39,482 nucleotides of DNA from Bacteroidales bacterium (GTDB taxonomy: Bacteria > Bacteroidota > Bacteroidia > Bacteroidales > WCHB1-69). The stretch is from positions 1 through 39,482 of the forward strand of contig JAAYRN010000179.1 in NCBI GenBank assembly GCA_012518765.1. Reading direction: 5' to 3'. Each line of letters opens with the position of its first letter. The first letter of the stretch is position 1. The notes under the pieces were generated by a model. That model searched no databases, was not told where the DNA came from, and worked only from the letters and a program-made list of their open reading frames with translations. The translations under genes were made by a program, and so were the position numbers. This document shows, one piece after another, positions 19,313 to 28,991 of the stretch.

Positions 19313-20362
19313 TTATTTTTTTAAGAAATTTGTAATATTAGTTGACAAGGTAATGTAATTAGGCGTAGAAGCCAAATTATTATGTGCCCTTGCGTACTGT
19401 AAATTAAAGTTAAACAAGTGTAAAGAAACACCGTAAGAAAAGCCCACAGCACCTTTTCGGGCATAGGCTTTCATTTCTTGGCGTGTGTTGTAATTATAAG
19501 CAAACTGTAGGGAAAAATATTTAATAGGTAAAATTTCTATGCCTACAATTACATGTCGAAATAAATTATCGGCAAATTTTCGGACATTGGTTTTTTGCTT
19601 AATACTTCCACTTTCTATGTCTCTTTCAGCAAAAGGGTCGGTCAAATCGGTATAGCTAAAATCCCATGTATATAAATGATGTAGAGTGATATTATAGCGA
19701 AATGGAGCGTGTTTTAAACGTTGCGACAATCCCAATTGTAAGTCAAAAGGCATTTTTTCTCTTATGCCTGCATAGGTTTTTATTTGAGAACCTATGTTAG
19801 TGGCTAATAGCGTTAAACAAATATTTTTTTCCGAATTATAATAGGTCGCCGACACATCGGCTGCTAAGCCTGTGGAAAAATAGGTTTCGTATGCCGAAAA
19901 AATCCATTTCAGGTTTACACCCATATACAAAGTGCTATCTATCAATTCTTTTCCATATCCTGTGATTAAGGCAAAATCGCCAGCGGTAAAACTTCCCGTT
20001 TCGTTACCCATTTCGTCATATCCATCACATTTACCGTAGGACATAAACTGAAATGCAAAATTAAACGTACCCGTTTTTTTAAAATCATGTATGTAATTAA
20101 TATGTCCGTAAGCTGCATCGGAAAAATAATCAACAAACTGAAATGCAATTCCTTGATGCATTTTAGGTTCTAATAAAGCAGGATTTGTAATTGCAAGAGA
20201 AGGGTCGTTGTGGTCGTAAATAGAATACAATTTACCTCCCATAGCTGCCGTACGAGCCGAGGCGGGTAAGTTTAAAAAATTATACACACCCAAACCTCCC
20301 GTTTGAGCATTCAACATGCTGCTACAAAGAAGTATTAAAAAAATATTTAGTTGTTTTCTCAT
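19313..20362 (-). CDS. porQ: type IX secretion system PorQ-family outer-membrane protein
   Basis: Signal peptide, then GGLGVYNFLNLPASARTAAMGG, the N-terminal signature I associate with the PorQ family. ~350-aa beta-barrel-like composition. Confidence 0.55.
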   Translation of the reverse strand: MRKQLNIFLILLCSSMLNAQTGGLGVYNFLNLPASARTAAMGGKLYSIYDHNDPSLAITNPALLEPKMHQGIAFQFVDYFSDAAYGHINYIHDFKKTGTFNFAFQFMSYGKCDGYDEMGNETGSFTAGDFALITGYGKELIDSTLYMGVNLKWIFSAYETYFSTGLAADVSATYYNSEKNICLTLLATNIGSQIKTYAGIREKMPFDLQLGLSQRLKHAPFRYNITLHHLYTWDFSYTDLTDPFAERDIESGSIKQKTNVRKFADNLFRHVIVGIEILPIKYFSLQFAYNYNTRQEMKAYARKGAVGFSYGVSLHLFNFNLQYARAHNNLASTPNYITLSTNITNFLKK

Positions 20363-20428
20363 ACGATTTAGAAAACGTATTTTTATCCTGCTTTATTATG
20401 ATGCAAAACTGTGTTTTTATTTAGCAGT

Positions 20429-21637
20429 TTAGCTTTGTTCTATAGGCAAAGGTTTGTCTATCTCTTCGTTCCAAGGAAGTCCGTAAATAGTTAGTTTTTC
20501 CATAAATGGATCGGGATCAAACTCTTCCACATTAAACACTCCTTTTCCTTGCCATTTTTCAGTCAACACCATCATGGCTCCTATCATGGCAGGAACTCCC
20601 GTTGTGTATGAAACAGCTTGTGCACCACACTCCTTATAAACTTTAGCATGACTACAATTGTTCCAAATGTAATATGTACGCTCCTTCCCATCTTTTAATC
20701 CTCTGATTTGACAGCCTATAGATGTTTCTCCCTTGTAATTTTCGCCCAAGGTAGATGGTTCCGGAAGTACTGCTTTTAAAAATTGTAAAGGTACTATTTC
20801 CTTGCCTTCGTACACAATAGGTTTGATACTTGTCATTCCAACTTCTTGCAATACATTGAGTACGTTGATATATTTTTCTCCAAAAGTCATCCAAAAACGA
20901 GCTTGTTTGATACTTGGAAAATTTTTAACCAACGATTCTAATTCTTCGTGATATAACAAATAAGATTCTCGGGGTCCTATGTTTGGATATACAATGGGTT
21001 TATGTATTTCTAAAGGTTCTGTTTCAACCCATTGTCCATTTTTCCAATAACGTCCTTTTTGGGTGATTTCTCGAATATTTATTTCGGGATTAAAATTAGT
21101 AGCAAATGCTTTTCCGTGATCTCCAGCATTACAGTCGACTATGTCTAAATAATGTATTTCGTCAAAATAATGTTTGTTGGCATAAGCTGTAAACACACTG
21201 GTAACGCCTGGGTCAAATCCGCAACCCAATACGGCGACTATTCCAGCCTCTTTAAAGCGGTCGTGATACGCCCACTGCCATTTATATTCAAATTTAGCCA
21301 CATCTTTAGGCTCATAGTTAGCTGTATCTAAGTAATGTGTTTTGGTAGCCAAACAAGCATCCATGATGGTTAAATCTTGATAAGGTAAGGCAACATTGAT
21401 GACTATATCGGGTTTAAATCCATTGATAAGCTCAATGAGTTCAGGAACATTATCCGCATCAACTTGAGCGGTTTGTATACGATTCCCACCAATTGAATCG
21501 GCTATTTTATCACATTTTGATTTTGTTCGACTGGCTAACATAATTTCACCAAAAACCTCGGGAACACTCGCACATTTAAAAGCAACAACGGCACCTACTC
21601 CCCCTGCTCCAATGATTAATACTTTATTTTTTCTCAT
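20429..21637 (-). CDS. carboxynorspermidine/carboxyspermidine dehydrogenase (saccharopine dehydrogenase family)
   Basis: 402 aa. Rossmann motif IIGAGGVG. Blocks GCGFDPGVTSVF, NAGDHGKAFATNFNPEIN, VSYTTGVPA and DPDPF are closely collinear with Vibrio-type CANSDH as I recall it. Confidence 0.75.
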   Translation of the reverse strand: MRKNKVLIIGAGGVGAVVAFKCASVPEVFGEIMLASRTKSKCDKIADSIGGNRIQTAQVDADNVPELIELINGFKPDIVINVALPYQDLTIMDACLATKTHYLDTANYEPKDVAKFEYKWQWAYHDRFKEAGIVAVLGCGFDPGVTSVFTAYANKHYFDEIHYLDIVDCNAGDHGKAFATNFNPEINIREITQKGRYWKNGQWVETEPLEIHKPIVYPNIGPRESYLLYHEELESLVKNFPSIKQARFWMTFGEKYINVLNVLQEVGMTSIKPIVYEGKEIVPLQFLKAVLPEPSTLGENYKGETSIGCQIRGLKDGKERTYYIWNNCSHAKVYKECGAQAVSYTTGVPAMIGAMMVLTEKWQGKGVFNVEEFDPDPFMEKLTIYGLPWNEEIDKPLPIEQS

Positions 21638-21645
21638 ATTATTTT

Positions 21646-21676
21646 TTTTTATATCTTTGCTGCAAAGATATAAAAA
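21646..21676. promoter_or_regulatory. perfect 31-bp palindrome carrying back-to-back -7 boxes (TAtcTTTG on both strands); putative divergent promoter
   Basis: TTTTTATATCTTTGC-T-GCAAAGATATAAAAA has 15-bp perfect arms around position 21661. The plus-strand box is at 21652..21659 and the minus-strand box at 21663..21670. It lies 9 nt from the ATG of the minus-strand gene. Confidence 0.5.
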
Positions 21677-21845
21677 TATCTTACTCTGAATTATATCTTT
21701 ATAAGTAAAAAAAAGAATACTGAAAATAAGCTATTTATTTAAAATAAGAGTTGTATAATTTTCGTTACGAAACCAATAATTATGTCAATATTATACCTTA
21801 GTTTTCGGAAATTATTCTTTACAAAATAAGAATTTTAATATATAT

Positions 21846-22502
21846 ATGAATTACAACACAACTAAAGAAAAAATCACCATCAAGGAATATGGTAGACATG
21901 TACAAATGATGGTTGACTATTTACTATCTATAGAAGATAGGGATTTGCGAACTTTACAAGCTAAAGCAACCGTTAGAACTATGGCTTGCTTTTCGCCTGG
22001 TACCAAAGATACTCCCGATTATTGGCAAAAATTATGGGATCACTTACATATCATTTCTAACTATGAATTAGATGTAGACAGCCCTTTTCCTAAACCTGAA
22101 CCATCTGATATAGAAGCTAAACCATCCAAAATAGCATATCAGAAAAATCAAATTCTTTATCCCCCTTACGGAAAATTAATTGAAGAAATCATAAAAAGTG
22201 TAGCCGAAGAACCCGATTCTGAAGAAAAAAACATGTGTATTGAAAATATTGCCGTACATTTAAAAAAACAATATTTACTTTGGAACAGAGACTCGGTAAA
22301 CGACGACATGATTGTAGAGCAATTAGAAACACTTTCTAACGGAAAATTAAAATTAAAAGAAGACTTTCAGTTTCCTGCAACTAAAGATTTATTAGAACAA
22401 TTACCTAAGGTTCAAGAAAATAAAAAGAAAAACAACAATCAACCCAAGAGAACAAACACGGCTACACAATCTACCAAAAAGAGAAGAAAAAAGAGAAAAT
22501 AA
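21846..22502 (+). CDS. DUF4290-like protein with a basic C-terminal tail
   Basis: 218 aa. The N-terminal KEYGRHVQMMVDYLL motif resembles DUF4290 proteins conserved in Bacteroidota. The tail is KKKNNNQPKR...KKRRKKRK. Confidence 0.5.
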   Translation: MNYNTTKEKITIKEYGRHVQMMVDYLLSIEDRDLRTLQAKATVRTMACFSPGTKDTPDYWQKLWDHLHIISNYELDVDSPFPKPEPSDIEAKPSKIAYQKNQILYPPYGKLIEEIIKSVAEEPDSEEKNMCIENIAVHLKKQYLLWNRDSVNDDMIVEQLETLSNGKLKLKEDFQFPATKDLLEQLPKVQENKKKNNNQPKRTNTATQSTKKRRKKRK

Positions 22503-22522
22503 CACCATAAATAAATTGACAA

Positions 22523-23461
22523 ATGAAAGAAGATAAAACAAAATGCTTGATAATTGGCTCTGGTCCAGCAGGCTATACTGCTGCCATTTATGGCGCTCGT
22601 GCCAACTTAGAACCTATTCTTTACGAAGGTATGCAACCCGGAGGACAATTAACCATTACCACAACGGTAGAAAATTTTCCCGGCTATCCCGATGGGAAAA
22701 AAGGTTCTGAAATCATGAACGATATACGTCAGCAAGCCTTAAATTTTGGTGCTGACATTCGACAGGGAGAAATTACATCGGTTGATTTTTCAAAACGTCC
22801 TTTTGTTTGTAAAAGCGACGACGATACAACCATCATTGCCGATACAGTTATTATTGCTACCGGTGCTACTGCCCGCTGGTTAGGCTTACCTTCCGAAGCC
22901 ACTTACAATGGTTTTGGTGTTTCGACCTGTGCTACATGCGATGGGTTTTTCTATAAAGGAAAAACCGTAGCCGTAGTAGGTGGTGGCGATACAGCTGCCG
23001 AAGAAGCTACTTATTTATCTAAATTATGCAAAAAAGTATATCTTGTTCATCGTAGAGATGAATTAAGAGCGAGCAAAGTAATGCAAGAAAGAGTATTTAA
23101 AACTCCTAATATTGAAATCGTTTGGGATCATGTTCCTGTAGAAATTTTGGGAGAAAGCAAGGGTTTTGCTAAAAATGTTACAGGTATTTTATTAGAAAAC
23201 ACCAAAACTAAAGAAAGAAAAACAATTTCCTTAGACGGCGTTTTTATAGCCATCGGACACCATCCTAATACGGAACTATTTGAAGGACAAATAGAATTGG
23301 ATGACGAGAAATACATTGTTACTCAGGCAGGTACGTCCAAAACAAGTATAGAAGGTATATTTGCAGCTGGCGACGTACAAGACCGCAATTATAAACAAGC
23401 TATCACAGCTGCTGCTTTGGGATGCAAAGCCGCTTTAGACGCAGAGAGATTTTTAGGATAA
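22523..23461 (+). CDS. trxB: thioredoxin-disulfide reductase
   Basis: 312 aa. FAD motif GSGPAGYTAA, redox-active CATCDG and NADPH motif GGGDTAAEEA. Confidence 0.95.
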   Translation: MKEDKTKCLIIGSGPAGYTAAIYGARANLEPILYEGMQPGGQLTITTTVENFPGYPDGKKGSEIMNDIRQQALNFGADIRQGEITSVDFSKRPFVCKSDDDTTIIADTVIIATGATARWLGLPSEATYNGFGVSTCATCDGFFYKGKTVAVVGGGDTAAEEATYLSKLCKKVYLVHRRDELRASKVMQERVFKTPNIEIVWDHVPVEILGESKGFAKNVTGILLENTKTKERKTISLDGVFIAIGHHPNTELFEGQIELDDEKYIVTQAGTSKTSIEGIFAAGDVQDRNYKQAITAAALGCKAALDAERFLG

Positions 23462-23464
23462 AAA

Positions 23465-26233
23465 CTACAACTCTCGCATACATATTTTATTATATTCACA
23501 CCATTCGCACCGCTCTTGTTTGTCGGTTTGCGTAAAACTTAGGTTGGAATTGTTGATATTTGCTATGGTTTGTTGCAGCAAAATGGCAAACTCTTGAAAT
23601 AGTGTTTCTGTGAGTTCAATTTGTCCATCAATACTTAATTTAAGCTCTTCTTTTATACTTCTAAATGACACTATTTGAGCATTTAATGGGGTTTGATTGT
23701 TGCTTTTGTATTGCAAAAAAGCATAAAACATCAATTGAAAAGCAACGGGAAAATCACCCGAGAATAAATCTTCTATATTTTTGATTTTTAAACTATTAGA
23801 ATCCACCCTACCTGTTTTATAATCCACTACTGTAACCACGCCTCCCCTATTATCTAAACGATCGGCAATGCCTTTCAATTTATAAATTGGAAAACTATTC
23901 CCCTCCAACATACATTCAAGTTTTTTTTCAAAATCTATTACACTTGAAATAGTTTTGTCATTTAATTGTTTGTTAAATATTTCCAAATAATCTTTTACAT
24001 ATTTGAGCACAATATGAAATATCAAATGATTTTGTTCGTACATCAAATCCTCTTCTTTCAACTCCATATGAGTAACTTTAGAGTCTAAAAAAGATTGTAA
24101 AACAATATCTTCCAATTGTTTACTTGTAGGTACAGTAAGTCTTGCATATTGATTGTTTAAAACAGATTCCAATACCTTATGTACAACACTTCCTATGACA
24201 TTGGCTTGTATTTCTTCAGTAATCGACTCTGTTTCTTTTACTTTTAAGACATCTTGATAGTAAAATTTCAGCGGACAACTCAAATAACGATTGAGCATAG
24301 AGGGTGAAAAATGAGGAATGGATTGAATTGTTTTTAGGATATCCTCTGTCTTAGTAATCTTCACAACAAGAGGATTTTCTGTTTTTATTTTGGGATAAGC
24401 CATTACTGTTTCACTGATAGAAATATGTGAAAACCGATTCCATTCTGAATTAATTTGACGAATAAATCTACTTTTTTCCATTTCTTTCGTTTGGCTATCA
24501 AGACTATATAGCAAGAAAATACTTTTAGCTCGCTGTAATAATCTATAAAAATGATAGGAAAATATAGCTTCGTTTTGGGTAAAAGTTGGAAGGTTGTAAT
24601 AACTTTTCACATCGTAAGGAAGAAAAGAATCTAATGATTTTTCAGAAGGTATAATTCCCTCATTAACAGACAGTATAATTACATGGTCAAAATCAAGGGT
24701 ACGGGTTTCTAACATTCCCATTATTTGCAAAGAACTCATGGGATTACTCTTAAATGAAAGCGATAAAGTAGATGCAAATTGCTCAAAAATAAAACGATAG
24801 GACTTAATATTGTGTTCTATTCTTTGAAACAATTCAGTAAGATAAGACATGTGATCTAAAAATAAATCAATGATTTGTTTATCAATCCCTTCCAAATCTG
24901 TTTTGTAATTTTTAATCATATTTAAATATTCGGAAATATAGCGAGTAACTGACTCTGCATCCGATATTTTTTCATACAAATCGGCGAGTATTTGTTTCAA
25001 AAAAGAAGGAAAAATGTTACATAAATCCATTAATTCTTCTTTATTGTAATAAAGTTTTCCTTTTTTAAGGTAGTTTTCCAAAAAAACATCGACTTCCACC
25101 CCCGATTCTTTTAAAACAGACTGAATATAAGGATTATTAAAAATCAAAGACAAATCTTTATGATAAATAGAATCTCCTGATTTTAGTTTGTTTTCAATAA
25201 TCACAAACAAATTGTATATCAATTTGTATAACTGTGTATTACGCATAGAAAGCCCCATAGTTATATTGGCTTTTGAGGTATCAATGGCGTGTAACACAGG
25301 GAGTAACAAAGTTTCATCTGCCAATACGATGGCTGTTGTTTTATTTTCTCCAATAGATGCCAATATATTTGACAAACAGGTAGTTTGTAAAACGCCTTGA
25401 GGAAACCCCATGATTTTCACTTTTTTAGGAATAGTTTCTATGTATTGTTTCTCGAAATTCCAAGTAGTTAGGTTTAAATTTTTCTTCAATTTGCGTAAAA
25501 ACACACCCGCCTCTTGCAAACCATCTTCCATATACCATTTGTCTGCATCTACATAAAAATCAGCTAATTGTTCTTTAATTAAATAATCGACAATTCCCCA
25601 TTCCGCTTGTTGCAAGGCATTGAATCCCACAAAAACATATTTTTCATACGGGAAATTTCGTGTAATTTCTTCTCTTTTTTCAAAAGCAATACGGTACAAC
25701 AAACCCTGATATGCCGTTTTATTTTTCAGTAATTCCTCTTTAAAATGTGTGTATAAATGGTGTAAATTTCTAAAAAAGTTCAAGTATTTTCTCTGATAAT
25801 CACTCAATTGACTTTCTTCTTTTCCAAAAAAACTCATTTCTTTGATAGATGAAAGACTCGAAAAAACATCTTCGGGATTTGCCAACGACAAATCAATATC
25901 GTTAAAATCCTGCAAAACAATTTTTGCATCGCCTATAAAATCATAAAAATCGTGCTTGTCAAACACATTTATTTTTTTATTTATGTTGTACAGCATAATT
26001 AAAAGCTCTTCTGGATTTATTGTAGATAAACCGCTGATTTGCTGCATAAATTCTTCAATAGAAAGAAAATCGGGGAGCAAAAATGTTCCTTTTATTTTTT
26101 GATGTAAATGATACTTCAAGTGAACAATACTACGGTTCGAAGGCATGATAACACATAGATTGCTCAAAGAATTTTTATATTTTTCTAAGAGTTTATCGGC
26201 TATAAGTGATAGAAAACTTTGACTTTCTGTCAT
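23465..26233 (-). CDS. PD-(D/E)XK nuclease family protein, AddB/RexB-like
   Basis: 922 aa. The C-terminal nuclease region has VVDYKTG and the terminal Cys cluster CEWCEYNKIC. The N-terminal helicase-like region is degenerate. Ends in TAG. Confidence 0.6.
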   Translation of the reverse strand: MTESQSFLSLIADKLLEKYKNSLSNLCVIMPSNRSIVHLKYHLHQKIKGTFLLPDFLSIEEFMQQISGLSTINPEELLIMLYNINKKINVFDKHDFYDFIGDAKIVLQDFNDIDLSLANPEDVFSSLSSIKEMSFFGKEESQLSDYQRKYLNFFRNLHHLYTHFKEELLKNKTAYQGLLYRIAFEKREEITRNFPYEKYVFVGFNALQQAEWGIVDYLIKEQLADFYVDADKWYMEDGLQEAGVFLRKLKKNLNLTTWNFEKQYIETIPKKVKIMGFPQGVLQTTCLSNILASIGENKTTAIVLADETLLLPVLHAIDTSKANITMGLSMRNTQLYKLIYNLFVIIENKLKSGDSIYHKDLSLIFNNPYIQSVLKESGVEVDVFLENYLKKGKLYYNKEELMDLCNIFPSFLKQILADLYEKISDAESVTRYISEYLNMIKNYKTDLEGIDKQIIDLFLDHMSYLTELFQRIEHNIKSYRFIFEQFASTLSLSFKSNPMSSLQIMGMLETRTLDFDHVIILSVNEGIIPSEKSLDSFLPYDVKSYYNLPTFTQNEAIFSYHFYRLLQRAKSIFLLYSLDSQTKEMEKSRFIRQINSEWNRFSHISISETVMAYPKIKTENPLVVKITKTEDILKTIQSIPHFSPSMLNRYLSCPLKFYYQDVLKVKETESITEEIQANVIGSVVHKVLESVLNNQYARLTVPTSKQLEDIVLQSFLDSKVTHMELKEEDLMYEQNHLIFHIVLKYVKDYLEIFNKQLNDKTISSVIDFEKKLECMLEGNSFPIYKLKGIADRLDNRGGVVTVVDYKTGRVDSNSLKIKNIEDLFSGDFPVAFQLMFYAFLQYKSNNQTPLNAQIVSFRSIKEELKLSIDGQIELTETLFQEFAILLQQTIANINNSNLSFTQTDKQERCEWCEYNKICMREL

Positions 26234-26243
26234 TATTCTGATT

Positions 26244-28265
26244 TTATTTTAACCATTTATCTAACCAACCCATAAATTCTCGTTGCCACAAAATAGAATT
26301 TTGAGGTTTTGTAACAAAGTGAGTTTCATCGGGATAATACAAAAACCGACTGGGGATATTTTGTAGCTGAGCAGCATTAAATGCTTCCATAGATTGAGTA
26401 TAGGGTATACGAAAATCGTAACCTCCGTGTATGATTAAAATAGGTGTGTCCCAGTTTTTCGCAAATTTATGAGGTGAAATATCGTAAATATTCTTATTTT
26501 TTTCATCCCAATAAGGACCGCCTAAGTCGTGATTGGCAAAAAACATTTCTTCCGTACTTCCGTACCAACTTTCTAAATTAAACATGCCGCAGTGAGAAAT
26601 AAACGTTTTGAAACGCTTGTTGTGATTCCCTGCCAACCAAAACGTTGAAAACCCACCATAACTCGCTCCTACACAACCCAATTTATTTTCATCTACATAA
26701 GGTTCTTTAGCCAATTCATCTATGGCTGACAAATAATCTTTCATGTTTTGACCGCCATAATCCTTGCTGATTTGGTCGTTCCATTCCTTTCCAAACGTAG
26801 GTAATCCTCTTCGATTGGGAGCCACAATCACATATCCGCGAGAAGCCAACATTTGAAAGTTCCACCTATAAGAAAAAAACTGACTTATCGCCTGCTGTGG
26901 TCCTCCTTGGCAATATAAAATAGTCGGATATTTTTTAGTTTTATCGAAATTTGGAGGTAAAATCACCCAAACCAACATTTTTTTATTGTCGGTTGTGGTT
27001 ATCCAACGTTTTTCTACTTGAATAGATGCTACAGTTTTCAGCACCTCTTGATTTATAGTTGTCAAGCGAGTTTCTTTGCCTGTTTTTATGTTAATAGAAT
27101 AAATATCAGCAGGTTCTAACATTGATTCTTTTACTCCTATCAATGTTTTTCCTTGCAAGGATATGCTTTTATAATCGTGAGTTCCTTGGGTCAATTGAGT
27201 GATGGTATTCTTAGCTATATCCAACACAAATATCTGATAGGTAGCATGAATACCGCTGATAAAATATATTTTTTTACCATCGGATGAAAAAGTAAAATTA
27301 GATGCACTTTCTTCAAAATGTTCCGAATAATTTTTAGCGGTATTTTTCTGGAAATCATACAGCATTATATTTAACTTATCCGATTCAAATCCAGGAGTAA
27401 ACATACTTGCCCACACCATTTGTTTACCGTCAGGTGAAAAAACGGGCGACAAATCGTAACCCTTATTCGATTCGGTTAAATTAGTGGTTTTAGCTGTGGA
27501 TATGGAATACATGTATACACCTGAATTAGTAGAAGTTGCATATTCTTTCCCCGACATTTTTTTACAAACATATAAAACATTTTTTCCATCGGGACTAAAG
27601 CTAATATCCGATATATCTCCTCCGGGAAACATGGGCGATTCGTATCTTTCGCCTTTCATAATATCTATTTCTTGGGAAAAATCAGGATAATTTGCAATAA
27701 AAATATGGCTATACATTTCGTCTTCCCAGCGATTCCAATGGCGATACATCAAATCGTCTATTATTTTTGCATTTGCTTTGGGCAAATCAGGATATACATC
27801 TTGTACCGTTTGGTCAATTTTTACATCTTTGGTGTACAAAATTCGCTGTAATGTAGGGTCATAAACAAAACCTGTAATTCCTCCTTCTACTTTGGATATT
27901 TGAATGTTATTGCTACCGTCGGCATTCATTTCCCATAATTGGTCTTCATAAATATAGCCGATTTTTTTTCCATCGGGACGCCAACAAGCATTGTATTCAT
28001 GAGCAGGTGTATGGGTGATTTTTTTGTATGCACCTCCTTGAGCAGGCATTACATATAAGTCGGTATTGCCTTTGTTTTCCTCTACATTGTAGTAAGTAAT
28101 TGAAAATAAAATAGTTTTACCATCGGGAGAAAGTTTTACATTGCTCAAACGACCCAACTTCCACAAAAGTTCGGGTGTATAAATTTCTATTTTTTCTTGT
28201 GCATTAATCATAGCATTCATTAGTACTGTCGATAAAAAAATTAAAAAAAACGTCTTGTTCTTCAT
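26244..28265 (-). CDS. S9 family serine peptidase (beta-propeller + alpha/beta-hydrolase), secreted
   Basis: Signal peptide. Repeated SPDGK propeller motifs. Nucleophile elbow GASYGG, with downstream Asp/His regions (HGGYDFRIP, DETHF). Confidence 0.8.
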   Translation of the reverse strand: MKNKTFFLIFLSTVLMNAMINAQEKIEIYTPELLWKLGRLSNVKLSPDGKTILFSITYYNVEENKGNTDLYVMPAQGGAYKKITHTPAHEYNACWRPDGKKIGYIYEDQLWEMNADGSNNIQISKVEGGITGFVYDPTLQRILYTKDVKIDQTVQDVYPDLPKANAKIIDDLMYRHWNRWEDEMYSHIFIANYPDFSQEIDIMKGERYESPMFPGGDISDISFSPDGKNVLYVCKKMSGKEYATSTNSGVYMYSISTAKTTNLTESNKGYDLSPVFSPDGKQMVWASMFTPGFESDKLNIMLYDFQKNTAKNYSEHFEESASNFTFSSDGKKIYFISGIHATYQIFVLDIAKNTITQLTQGTHDYKSISLQGKTLIGVKESMLEPADIYSINIKTGKETRLTTINQEVLKTVASIQVEKRWITTTDNKKMLVWVILPPNFDKTKKYPTILYCQGGPQQAISQFFSYRWNFQMLASRGYVIVAPNRRGLPTFGKEWNDQISKDYGGQNMKDYLSAIDELAKEPYVDENKLGCVGASYGGFSTFWLAGNHNKRFKTFISHCGMFNLESWYGSTEEMFFANHDLGGPYWDEKNKNIYDISPHKFAKNWDTPILIIHGGYDFRIPYTQSMEAFNAAQLQNIPSRFLYYPDETHFVTKPQNSILWQREFMGWLDKWLK

Positions 28266-28301
28266 GGTATTATTTTGATTTATAGTATGATAATAAATTA
28301 T

Positions 28302-28991
28302 TTACAAATTAGAATCCATATACTTTTCGAGCCAACGTAAATCTTCCTGATGTGTTAACTTGATATTTGTTGGACAACCTTTTACGATGGCTATTTTTTC
28401 TTGCGGTAAATAGTTAAAAACAATTGCGGTATCGTCTGTAGCCTTAAAATTAGCGTGTTGCATTGCTATTTTAAAAGCATTTTTTAATACAGACATTCGA
28501 AATGCTTGTGGTGTTTGCACATTAAATAAAGTAGAACGATCGAAAACATTGCTGATAGCCTGATTATCCAAGGATTGTATGATAGTATCCGTTGTTTCTA
28601 CAACAACTGTCGCCGCCTGATGAGATTGCATAGCTTTTAAAATATTACTTATAATCAACTGACTAATCATAGGACGTGCCGCATCGTGTAAAATTAATAT
28701 ATCCTGGTCGTTATTTTTATAATAATCTAATACTGCAAGTGTTGACAAATAACGCTCACTGCCACCTTGAATAACAGTTTTTACTTTACTGTATTTTGCA
28801 GTAAATATAGTACATTTCGACACATAATCTGAGGGAACTACTAAAATAATTTCATCAATATCAGCATGTTCTTGAAACGCCTCTATGGAATATTCGATTA
28901 CTAATTTTCCATTAAGTGCTAAAAATTGCTTGGGAGTATTTTCTCCAAAACGCTTACCGCTTCCTCCTGCCAATATAGCTGCTATGTTCAT
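28302..28991 (-). CDS. IspD/TarI-family cytidylyltransferase (MEP or alditol-phosphate cytidylyltransferase)
   Basis: 229 aa. Motifs AAILAGGSGKRFG..PKQF, HDAARP and QTPQAF. 4-nt overlap with the upstream aminotransferase gene. Confidence 0.75.
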   Translation of the reverse strand: MNIAAILAGGSGKRFGENTPKQFLALNGKLVIEYSIEAFQEHADIDEIILVVPSDYVSKCTIFTAKYSKVKTVIQGGSERYLSTLAVLDYYKNNDQDILILHDAARPMISQLIISNILKAMQSHQAATVVVETTDTIIQSLDNQAISNVFDRSTLFNVQTPQAFRMSVLKNAFKIAMQHANFKATDDTAIVFNYLPQEKIAIVKGCPTNIKLTHQEDLRWLEKYMDSNL

